Source of the DNA: Psammoneis japonica
Lineage: Eukaryota
NCBI GenBank assembly: GCA_008632985.1
Contig: QPGO01000177.1
Span: forward strand, 62,001-126,000
Length of the DNA stretch: 64,000 nt
Direction of reading: 5' to 3'
The notes below the pieces were generated by a model. It saw only the letters and a list, made by a program, of their open reading frames with translations. It ran no database searches and was not told the origin of the DNA. Position 1 is the first letter of the stretch; every line of letters begins with the position of its first letter. Below are positions 32,740 through 44,600 of this stretch, in pieces. A program made the translations under genes and the position numbers.

Positions 32740-35707
32740 CCTGAAACAAGATCCCAGCCGCGTACGACACGTGCATTGTCATGCAAAACATACAAACGGT
32801 CCTCGAAGTACGTCATTGCTCCAATCTTTGGCATTTCCGCAATGCCGAGAGAAAGCATCTTGCCATTGAGCTGATCGACCGGGAGAATTTCCGTTTCGTC
32901 TTCATCTCCCAAAGTGTTTAGAAGAGGAATGTCGTAAATGTAGACATTCGACAGGGGCGCAAGAGCGTCGTCGTTGCTCTCAGAAATGTAAAGCTTTCCG
33001 CCGTTCTCGTCCGGAGCGTACGCCATGCCTTCCGTCAATCCCCTTCCTTTGAGTTTCCACTTGGAGAGCAGTTCAAGGGAGCGAATATGTTCACCATTGT
33101 ATCGAGGTTCAAAGGACAAGAGCACAGAGCTTTTCTTGCTTTCTGCGACTGCATAAATTGTGCCGTTGACTAACGCAATAGCTTCAAGATCCGTGCCGGG
33201 CACTTCTCCAAGGATACTGATCTCTTTCGTTTCTTCAGAAGCAGCAAGAGAAAGACCAGTCAGCTTGGACTTTGACGGAATGATCAGTGTCTGGCTCGTC
33301 TCCACGAGTACGGCATCGCTCGGTTCGTACTTCAACAGTGAGACACCACTGAAACCATGACGAACGCATTGGCCGGAAGAATCCATGGTAGCAATTCTGT
33401 CCTCAACTTGCTGGCTCGTCCCTGTTATGGTGAAGGTATAGTACATTAGAGCGATAATCCCCATTAGCACAGCAGAAGTGAGTATGACTGGACCAGCATG
33501 ATCGGCGTAGCCGTATGGCAATCCATTCGTCAGCAAATGCAGCCGGCGAAAGTAGACAAAGGCGGAATAGATTGTAATGAACAGGGCCGTGAAGATCAAA
33601 GTGAGACCCATTACTCGTGGTGCATCTTGTCCCTCTTCACTCGCAAAACCAAGGAGTAGAGTCGCAATCGTGACAAGAAGCAATGCCGCACTAATCCATT
33701 GAATGTACGTTCGTTCACTCGCAAAGTAAGTCTTTGGCTGAGATACCCACAACGGAGGATCATGTTAGAGAGAGGATAATCGAAAGCATTCGGGTTGCAC
33801 TTCGGCAACTTACCTCGACCCGTGCTCGCTTCTTTGGCGCCACCTTCTTTGACCCCGCGCTACTCGTGATGACCGATTCATAAGATTGCCGACGTGGAAA
33901 TGAAAGCATCGACAAGGCGCTACCTCTTCTCTTTGGCCCCGTCGATGAATCCGAAATGCTTCGACTGGTACTCTTGCTGTCGAAAGTCGGCAAGCTCTCA
34001 GAGTCGGTTGCGTCTGTAGCGATGCTCTTGATCTTTTTGGACTTGTTCGAGCGAAACGACGATTCGATCTTGTCAAAGTCGTCGATACCAAACATTTGCT
34101 TGAACATGGGAAGCCTTGCCCAGTAAGGCAAGGTACTAACCTTATCTCCGTGGAATGTGGCCGACCCGGTCAAGAACTTGGAGAACTTGTGGCCGTCTTG
34201 AAGAGCCCCCTTCTCAAGGAGAGATTCCATAAAGACAGGATTATCACTCCCAGCGAGTTTCACTTCAAAGACAGCACATGGCACTTGTACAGTCTCTGCA
34301 ATCCGGAGCGCTTCCTCGGGGAGACTCCAGTCACCAAGGAACGCGGAACTCTCGTCAATCATTGTAATGTTTCGATCGACAGTGAGACGAAGCGCATTGC
34401 TCTCTGCCGACTGAAAGGCCATGCGAAGATATCTTGTACGGACACACGGTCGCAAGTCTCTCTTGATGATGAGCTTTCGCATTTGATGGAGGAGTTGAAC
34501 GGCCTCTTGAAGTTCGTCACCTTGCAACTTTGGATTGGCGGCGAGGACCAGATCTTCAATAAACGTGCGATGCCATTTCGCACCGTCTCTTGCGAGCAAC
34601 TTGGACATGTCACGTTCTCGGAGATTCACGCGCTGCTTGACCGACTTGTCGGCAATCCATTGCTCGTGGTGAGTCTTGAGCTCAAGGAACACTAACTCGT
34701 CTCCTTTGGGCTTTTCTCCGTACCAACGGACGCGAAAGAGCTTGGCACCTTCGTCACGGGCAATGCGATGCTCGTAGAGATACATGCCAGGCGAATCAAA
34801 GTAAATCGAAGTAATGGGAGTCGTCATGGTATCCCAAATATCTTGCATGTCGGCTTTGCTCGCCTTTCGATCCTTTTCTATGTCAAGGTCATCCGTCAGT
34901 AGACCACTTTTGCCTTTGAAGGGAGAGCATTACAAAGTGAGAGTGAGCATATTTCCGATTGTATCATTCCATCTTCATTCCCCTAATAAATAGCTTACCA
35001 TAGACGAGCATGGGAACTTCTGTGACGCACGAAAGCATGACATCCGAAAGATAGTCTTCGTCTACCCAGTACTTGTGAGTGTAGCGTTCAAAGGAAGAGG
35101 GCGCCACCCATTGGCTCGCATTGTTTGCGGCGGCGTCTTTTTCAATGGATCGGAGCACGTCGTAGGCATCGCTGAGAATCGTAATAATCTTTGTCCCCCC
35201 GGCAATGTAAGGCCATGGCGTTTTCAACTGTTTGCAAGGCGTTTGGTCTTGGCCAGTCGCTTTGGCAGCGCTCTCGAGGGCAAATCGTTTGACATCAAGG
35301 CTCGCCTTCGCAATGTCGTCTACTTGCTCCTGAAACTCAACAAGCTTGACGTTACGTTCGGTAGGAGTAGTAGTAGCTTGTTCTTTGCTAAGTCCCACAA
35401 TCTCCGTTAGCAGTTCTCGTGCGCGCCGTTCCAGCTTGAGCTGTTCGTTGGTTATGAAAGCAGCAGCCTGTTTCAAGTCATTGGTATCGTCGGAGGTCAC
35501 TCCCGTGCTCCTGGAGGAGGATCGGCGACTACTTACCATGCTGGAGCTAGTAGAAGATGCCTTGTTGTTCGAGGAGACATTGGAACGTCGTCTTGAGCTC
35601 TTCTTCGCCTTGTACTTCTCAAACAAGTCATCCAACTGCTTGTTATCTAGGTCACTGTCCACACAGTTCGAAGAGAAAGTATCACTCGTTGGGGCTACCA
35701 TTGTCAT
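32496..35707 (-). CDS. Vacuolar transporter chaperone (VTC4-like) polyphosphate polymerase: degenerate SPX-like region, VTC domain, DUF202 TM region and SdiA-regulated-like luminal domain; 3 exons
   Basis: FERYTHKYWV, ITSIYFD, LFRVRWYG, FLELKTH, RTRYLRMAFQ, RLTVD, FEVKL, KFSKFLTG and EPKTYFASERT. Introns 34914-34998 and 33738-33813. Confidence 0.9.
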
Positions 35708-36289
35708 TCAGTGAGTGGATAGCAAGGCTTTGAAATGTGAGAGGTGAGTGACGAAGTGAGTTGATTGTTTTTGTGATGCCTACGAACGAGCGATGACTGT
35801 CAGTAAAAGGATACCAGCATGACTTCTCTGCGGCATCATATGACATCATTTTCGAGTAGAACTCTACTGTGAACTGTACTACTGTAAAGTGGTCAAGGCA
35901 TAAATCTGAATCGTAATGTCTCGAAATCCAAGGGTCATTTATGTCTATTGCCTATACAAAACCTTGTTAGTCGTAGATTTGACACTTTGCGATACACTCT
36001 GTATTAAGAAATTAGAAGTAGTGATGATGAGCCGGAATCACTCTCGAGGTCTACGGAGAGCAAAAATATCTATAAGGAACATGTATGTTGAGGAAACACA
36101 GATCGTGCTTCCGGTTCTTTTGCCGTCGACAGAGCTCGCTACGAAGTGAATTCGGCGTTCTCGCTCCGCGTTCACCGTTACTCATCAAGGATAGGTGCAG
36201 TACACCGCGAGCCTGGCTTGCGTCGACTTCCCGGAAAGTGACATCATACATCGTCATTCCACCAATCAAATGAAGGGATTTTTTGCGTA

Positions 36290-39200
36290 GCCTTCATTGA
36301 CATTTTCGTGACGCACCCTTTGGGTTTCGCAACGAACAACGTGACTTCCCTTTTGGTCTTGTGGGTCAAAGATGGATTGCAGGTTTGTGGTCGATTTCAT
36401 CATCCGGAGCTTGCAATGAATGGGTTGGGGACTTCCAAAAAAAGCAGATGCGGGCCAGCACTCCATCGCGACTTTAAAAAAAGCGTGCCGCACAGCAGAC
36501 CTGCAGACAAAGTGCAATGAGCTGCCATGTGGCAGAGCTGAGCAGAGCTCCTCATTTGCAGTGTCACACAGTGCACAAGTTGGGCTGGAGCACAGGTGCA
36601 AGCCACGTGCCACAGACCAGCTTCTCCCCATGTCTTGTCTCCCACTTTCAAGCTGCCAGACAAAGCTTTGAACTCTCGCGCAACAGCAAGGACGGACAAC
36701 TGAGTGAGAACCAAACACACAATGAGAGCTCAAAATTGTTGCACACAGCAAGTCGGCATGAAAGTGGCTCTGGTGTGCCCAACAATGAGGATGAGGGCAA
36801 GACCAATCATGCTCAAACTGCAAGTGCACACAACCAAATGGAGGGGCCAATGCACCGCAACAGCCCAAAATTGTTCACAAAAGCCAGCTCAGCAGGACTT
36901 TTTTGTCAAGCTCCAAGTGCAGCCATGGCATGCAAACAATGTGAAAGCAGTCCTGGAGCACACCCAACAATGAGATGAGCATGAGATTGATCATGCTCAA
37001 CTCCAAGGATGCACAACCAAATGAATCACACACACTGATGTTGTCCAAACTTGTTGTGCGAGAGCCAATCTGGATGTTTTTGTCAAGTTCCAAGCAGAGC
37101 CATCATGCACAAACAACATGAAACTGGCTCCAGCACACCCCAACAATGAGCCAAACAAACAAATGTTTGCCCATTTTTGCTGAGCTCACTCCAAGCCCAG
37201 CTGCTGCACACAAACAATGCAAAAGTGGCTTGATGTGCCCAAAAATGAGGACAAGCATGAGGTTGTCAATGAGAAGCACTTCCTGATGCAACCCAGAATG
37301 ATCAGCAGTGCCAGTCACTGACGTCAACCCCACAATCCACAGCTCAATCCATGTCGCTCAGAAAGCTTCAACAATGTGAACAACAAAATGTCAGCACCTT
37401 GCTCTGGAGCATGAGATGAAATGAACAACTGTGAGCAAGACAAGGGCAGGCAACAACACCCCCAAACACACCAAAGCACAACCCTGCTGCACCACAAGTC
37501 GCTTTTGATTTTCTCACCAAAGTGCCACAAACCACACGTGTGAGTCACAGGATGGGGGTTGTCAGTGGGATCAAGAGGTGGTCATCATTGAAGCAAGCAT
37601 CGAAGAGGTGAGCACCACCATTTTCACCGTTGATCATGATTTTTGAATTTGTGTGCTCATTGTTGGAAAAGTGACTGCACCGTGTGGGCATTTTGCTCAA
37701 ATTGCACAAATTTCATGCAACAAAATTTTGAAAAAATGCGCTGCCATCACAGCAATCATGCCATGCACTGTTTGAATCATGTTTTCTCAAAACTCTGCTT
37801 TTTGCTCAAACATGCCATGTTTGAGCAAATGGGGCTCAACATTTGAGCAATCACTCAAACACATGCATTTTTTGAGCAATTGCTCAAACGTGCTGCTCAA
37901 ATTTTGAAAGAAAGAGTCGCAAGCAATTGAGTCCATTGCCCACATTTTTTTGTGCACATGTTCACAATCTTAAAATGCACACAAGTCATTGAAATGACTG
38001 CAATCAGCCATTCTCAGGAATGTTCCTGGTGCTGCATCAACTTGTGTGTGCACATCAACTTGCATGTGCAAGGTGCAGTGTCAGCACACTTCTTCTTTGC
38101 CTTTGCTTCTGGCCTCCAATGCACCCCACACTCTGTTCTTACACCCTCCAGCTTCGGTGGCACCCCAATTGTTCTAAACATGTGGCACTGTGCAGGCAGC
38201 TGCATGGGCATTGGCGCAAAATGGCACTTGTTGTTGTTTGAAAACCCACAGAGCCAAGTGCCACAAAAGCACTTCTTGCTCTGTTCACATTTTCCCATCA
38301 ACCTGAAAATGGCAGGAATGATGCTGCAGTGCCCTCATTTCAGCAGCTGGCAAAGATGACGGGGGGGGGGGGGGGGGGGGCACAGATTACAACCTCAGCT
38401 GCTGATCCACAAAAAAGCCCCACAATGTGTTGCTGGGTGATCAGCAAAAAAGGCACTTGTTTCAGCGGCTGCATCTCATCACACCCCTGCAAATTTTTTA
38501 GAGTGTCAGCAATGCAAAGAGAGAAAAAGTTCACTGCTTGTGAAATGACCCTGTCAGACCAAGCACATCATCAGCAAATGGCAGCCATGAAGCCCAAGCA
38601 AAAGGCACCCCATGGCAGCAAGACACGCCAATGCTTTTTGCCAAGAAGAAGCTGCTTGAGAATGCTGCAGTCAAGTGCAAGATTTTGACATCACATGTTC
38701 CAGCAAGAGGTGCACAATGCCACTGTCCACCACTGGTGGAAGGTTGGGTGGCAGCTGCCCTCTGGACAGAGGACACAAGTGCTGTGAGGGCTCCACACAG
38801 GGAGGTTCAGAAGGCTCAGAACTGGAAAGCTTGCTTTTCCAAAATGAGAACCAAGTGTGCAGAATGAGGTGTCATGGCAGAAGGCAACAAGACTTGGCGG
38901 CCCTCTCTTGGGGTCACCCCACTTCTGCTGGTCTTGTGCACTTCCTTGTTGCTGTGTTTGACCCTCCCTTGATCAGAGAACACAGCATCATTGTCAGCAA
39001 TGGAGGCCAACACACCAATGGCAGGGACAATGGAGGAATGAGACAGCACAGGGGAAGGTGGCCACATGCAGTGCAAGAGCAAACCACTGAAGAAAACAAC
39101 ACATGTTGCCAACATTGCTCTGCACCCCTGGAAAGCTTGCTGGACAAATGGAGTGCAACCTGGAGTGAGTCAGCATTGGAAGCCGGCAAATGCTTGGCAG

Positions 39201-41558
39201 GCAAGTGTCCCAACAATTTGCCACTGGAAGAGTTGGTGTGCTTGTCAATCTGGCACACTTCCTTTGCACCACATTGCTCCCTCCCCTGATCAGAAAATGA
39301 AGGATCATTGGCAGTGATGATGGGCAGGTCCAGAGTGCCATGAAAAGCAAATTTAGATGTGACACAACAGTCCTGACAATGGAGAAAAGGCAGCAAGACT
39401 TGGTGGCCCTCTTTCATGGCCGCCCCGCTTCTGTCAGGCTTGCTCAGATGATGGAACAAGGAATGACGGCATCGCACATCCAAAATTGATGACAGCCGAG
39501 GCAAAAATCTGAAGTTGAGAGACTTGACAACTGGCAATGTGGTGATGATGTGCATCAGTGGCATGCAACAGCATTGCAGGGGCTGCAGGCAGCACAGGCA
39601 CTGTCTTGGGAGGAGACGACAATTCCTCTGTCTTGTGAATGATGCCACCATTGCATGAGACAATGGAGTGACCAGGAACAAGATGCTTTGTGGGTTGAAG
39701 CAAGACACCCTTGATGTTGCAGGGATGTTCCACTGACTTGGCAGGCAATGTCAGGAAACCAGTGCCAACAGTGACAGCAGATGGCATGCCCATTGGCACC
39801 ATGAAAAAATCATCCATGCCAGCTGCAGAAGGATTCCCATCCAAAGACTGCAGAGGTCAAGGCACTTTGAGGAATGAAAACTTGGCAGTGGAAAACTCAT
39901 TCCAGCCCCAATGATTGCATTCCACGTTTGGATCAAAGCGCACATGCAAAACGCGGATCGCAATGATTGCTGCTGTCTCTTGCATCTTGAGGGTCTCTTT
40001 TGGATTGCCACCTAAAGACTCTGGAGAGCAAGACAAGTTTTGTGGAATTCCCCTGGCATGACAACTTGCAAGTCAGCTTTGCAAACAATCAATTTAACCA
40101 AAGAGACATCATGGGGGTGCATGACAAAAGGTGGGATGCCACATTGGGCAACAGGGTCATGGAAGAGCTGTGCAAAAGAGCTCTTGGGTTTGGTGTGATT
40201 CACACCTGCAAAGAAACAGTCAAGATCAACAATTGAGCCTGCACAGTGCATGTTCAAATGCTGCTGAACAAGAGGTTCAGCATCATGACCACAAAAAATG
40301 CACTGAACATTGGGCAAAAATGCCCGTGTGGGCATCTGCAATGTCATCTGGCATCAAGCTGACACTTCTGCATGGAGCATCCCATTGGTGAATGTCACAA
40401 GGCAAAGTGACCTGATGGCAATGATCTTTGGATGCAGTGGGCTCAATGGGGCTCAATGGGCTCTCCATGACACCTGTCACATGCCATGTGTGGCATTGGA
40501 CATCCTCACATGAGTCCACAACAAGATCAGATGTGAAAATTGATGGAGGAGTTTTCTCCAACAATGGCAGAGACAAAACCACTTGGTCAGATGCTTGTGG
40601 TGCAAGGGAGAGCTGGCTTCAGTCTGTGTGATGCCATTGCAGATCAGAGTTGAAGCACATGTGCTCCATGCCAACTGCAATTCATGCTGGCTCTGTCATC
40701 TTGCCAGTGTGGAGAGCAAGTTGGATCTTCTGCTCAAGCGTTTGTCTGGAGAGGCAAGATGTAGAATTGCAAACACTTGGAGCCACAACCTTGAGAGCAG
40801 CTTGGCTGAAGATCAATGCAACAGATGCTGCATCCTTGGGGGTCCTCACACAAGGTGTGATGAACTTGTGAAGGTCATGGTCCCGCACAAGCTCGAAAAC
40901 ACCATCCTTGGCTTGGGTGTGTTTGTTGTCTTCAAAAAACTGATCCAGGTCAAAAATTGTGTCGCCACAAGTTTGCTCAGGAACTTCATGTCATCAGGGA
41001 AATGAGGGCTTTCCTGAAAAACAAAATCAGTTGCAGCGAGTGTGTCAATGATGCTCTTTTCAATCATTGCGATCCGTCATGATGGTGCAAGTGCACAAAA
41101 TTTTTTGATCATGCACACGCAGAAACCTGGTGCTGGTCTGGCAGGGGGCCTGTGAGCCAATGAAACAAGCACTTCCAGGATCAAAACTGGTGGCATGCTT
41201 GTTCAGCTCACAAACCACCCAAAGGAATCTTGGCGCGGGAGTTTCAGTGCAGAGGAACAATGAGAGAGAAGCAGATCTCAGAAAGATCTGCTTGTCTGTC
41301 TGGGTCTGTCCTTCATCCGCATGCTGGCAGCTGCGCTGGTGTTGCCTGTTGTTGCCACCCACATCGCACCCTTGTGACTCTGCTCAATTTACACATGGTG
41401 GTCTGTGTGATGCTTTTTGGCATCTTTTGGCTTTGCTTCCAAACAATGCTCTGCTCAACGCTCATCAGGGGTGCAACGGAAGTCGGCAAAATGGCAATGC
41501 GAAATGCTGTTCCGGCGGGCATGCTTTGAAAGAGACAGACGGACACACACGCATGCTC
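36290..41558. other. TpA/CpG-depleted hypermutated block D (decayed coding relics, degenerate repeats, probable TE end)
   Basis: About 11 TpA in 5.3 kb. Abrupt right edge at ...gcatgctcgt|actgtattgttattacg. Contains a G20 run at 38361-38380. Confidence 0.88.
37690..37905. repeat. Cluster of direct and inverted TTTGAGCAA/TTGCTCAAA motifs (subterminal-repeat-like)
   Basis: About 8 full or partial copies in both orientations, including the palindrome tttgagcaattgctcaaa. Confidence 0.7.
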
Positions 41559-41670
41559 GTACTGTATTGTTATTACGCACGATACCGGTAGATCTATCAC
41601 GAACTCTAAAGAAAAGATGCAGCGAACCATGGTTGCTCCATGGCAATGCTGTAGCTACCGGGGGTGCTGG

Positions 41671-44600
41671 TCAACCTCCTCGCAAGATGTCTCTTACAAC
41701 ACCACCCACTTGACGATTTGTGGAGTTAAGCCGGTGGCTAGCGCCACCAATGACAGCTCCACATTCAATGCATTTGCTTTCGGCCATAGCCATACCACAA
41801 TTCCCTATGAAGTAAGGGTGCCCGTTGGGACACTCGTACCAGTGACTAGACCAAGATCCACCGTAATTATAGCGGTCATTTTCATGCATGGCCGTGACGA
41901 CCTCTGCAAGTAACTTTTTATCGTCAAGGATCCCTCTATTGAGCTCTTCTGCTTGGGACACCATGTCACCAAACTCTCGCGGCAGTCGAATCACCCAGTC
42001 TACAAGTTCAAGCGCCTGTTTCTTCTCATTCTCAGAAAGCGGACTCCACTTAACAAGTAACGAACAGAGGGCTAGTCGAAGCCTAGCTCCAGACTGCTTG
42101 CTTGACGTCTTATCCGCCAACTTTATGCCTCGGTGTAGTGATTCGGCAGCCAGTTTAGCATTCTCGTCGTCCCTGGTCTCAGCCATGCTGGAATAGGCCC
42201 GGCCAAGAAGAGCGAAGGTTCGCAAGAGCGGACGTGCCGGCGGCGTTGGTATATCCAAAACATGAGGGTCTACGCAAGCTTCGTACACCTTCCGCATTGG
42301 GCTCTTGAGTATAATATTCTCTGCCTTTTTCAATACGGTCACCAGGTCTTCACCTCTTGAGCCGCCGCTGGTGCTCATTTCTTCAATTCTGTCAAGCATC
42401 CGATCAACGCTCATTAGATGCTTGCGTTCGAGACTTCGAAGCTCTGAGATTCGTAGCAACCGCCCATATCGATGAATCGAATGAACAAGAGACCTGCAAT
42501 CGGGGCATGACTTCGGCTTTTCGTCGATATTGGCCTGGCAAAGTGGACGAGTACTTGTGTACAACGCGGATTCCTGGTCCTGCTCGTATACTTCGTTCAT
42601 ACCGAGATGCCCATCAAGAGTAGACATTGTATAAAAATGGTTGCAGGGTAGGACAATGATGGGGTCCTGATCAACGTCATGTTCAGCATACGTCCTCAGC
42701 TCAATCATGTCAACGACTTGCTCCCGAAATGACGCAAAGCCGCATTCCTTACAATAACTGGGGGATGGACAGGCTTCACCGCAAAGAGACGGGCACCGAT
42801 GGCCACACTCGAGTTTCTTTTCACATCTCTGCGAACAGAAGAAAAGCAAAAAATTCTGAATCCCGTTCCCATGGCATATAATAGGGTCTTCCAAAATACA
42901 CCTACCTGGTTGCATGGTAGTCTCGAGCAAGGTGCCCCACAGACTTGCTGACAGGATCCGAGGTGCTGACATGCCCAACTGCATTTCTCTACACAAGAAG
43001 AGCACTGTGTGGTCGTCAGCCCCCTTTTCGAAAGAATCCACACCTTCGATACATCAAGTAAACTTACCGGAATCTGGCATTTTCTTGGACAGGACGAATG
43101 CTGGCATTTCACGCCACACGCTTGTTCGCAGGGCGGGCAATCCTTGCTTCCGTGACATGCTCGGCCGCAAATGTGCCCACAAAACATCTTCCGTTCACAT
43201 TTCTGACTGCAGCGATGACCTCTGGTGCATTGGCCACAGCGGTTGCTGCATTCATGACCGCATTCGCGTACCATCATCGAACATCGCCCGGGACACACTG
43301 GCTTGGTGCTTCTCGCATTGGCGCACGTTGTGACTAGTTGATGGTCACACGGGCTGAATGCATACGTTACCGCCTGTTGGCACGTCATGGTTAAGACCTT
43401 GAGGGCTTTTTTATTTCGAGCATCGTGGCATGCGACACTCTTTCGCGAATGTCCACATTCTAGCGTGATTGGCCCAACCTGTTCTGTGCACCTCCCGCAT
43501 TCGTCTTTGCACAGTTTGCGACAGCGGTGACCCAAATGGCATTCGGGAGGTATCCTCTTACACGGCTCACAACAGCCTGTTTGTACCAGTTCATGCTCTT
43601 GATCACACGGATGACACATCAAAGGACAAACATGACCACATTCCATCCGACGTCTGCACGGTCTGTGACAGCCACCATTTGGACGGAGACTCCGAAAGTC
43701 TTGCACACTCGACAGCCCCATGACCTTATCGTCTCGATGAAGCTCACAAACTGTGGGAAGACCCCTCAACAGACTGCCCCTTTGCTTGAAATTGTCAAGG
43801 ATAGGTTCCCACAAATGGCGCCCCTTTTTGGAAAGGCGAAGCGTCGATGCGCTGCCGATAAGGAACAGTCCGAGTCGAGCTCGGGACATTAATACGTTCA
43901 CACGTTCTTCCTCTTTCAGGAATCCGATATTCCCATGTTGATTAGACCGGACTAGGGAAGAGACAATGATGTCAGCTTCTTCACCCTGGAAATTGTCCAC
44001 TGAACTGCACCGCACCTTTCTACTGTTTCTGCTTTCTATCCTCTCGATGGCGTCTTCGTCGCCCAGAGTTTCGAGGTCACGTTGATCTTTTTCTCCTACA
44101 AACGCAGTCGCCTCTTTTAAGCGGGATCGCATGAGCCCCATAATTACGCGTAGCTGACCCAGATACGGGGTCAGCACTACCACCCGGTGCGGTGTATAAC
44201 CTTGCATCAAGAAAAACCTTACAATTTCAACGCACAGCTCTCCCTCGGAATAATTGGACTTGGTTTTGCTATGTCCGCCTCCTTCGTTCTCGCCGGCATT
44301 TCCATCTTCTTTGAATTTGTGGTCGATGAAAACCACGTTGCTGGTGACTCCCTTAACGTTGGGAAACGCCATCACCGACGGATGGTCCTGTAGCAACGGA
44401 TACGTTTGAGCCCTTACGAACTGAGATATTTCTGGTCTCATTCGATGTTGAATTCCAAGTGTAACAGATGGCAGCTTGGACAAAATGAGCCGTTCGAAGA
44501 GGGAGCAGTCTAGCTTGTATCCACTGCCAGAGACGGTGCTTAGCGCGTAGGTTTCCACCTTGGGCCTAAGCTGCTGGTGATCTCCTATCAGTATCAAGTG

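Noticed and set aside
38361..38380. G20 run as a functional G-quadruplex
   Set aside because: An isolated homopolymer within decayed DNA, of unreliable length.
39600..40700. SET-like or 2OG-Fe(II) oxygenase-like motifs in the block D relic
   Set aside because: Only vague resemblance after mentally reverting mutations. Not supportable without a profile search.
36290..41558. Foreign, viral or alternative-genetic-code insert
   Set aside because: The same composition affects a recognisable host paralog and a piggyBac in block C, and it ignores frame and strand. That points to post-insertion mutation.
14..41591. Dense six-frame Cys/His-rich ORFs in blocks A-D as real small proteins
   Set aside because: They result from TpA loss: TAA/TAG stops and Tyr codons vanish and TGY/CAY codons inflate. 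They overlap on all frames and have no coherent motifs.
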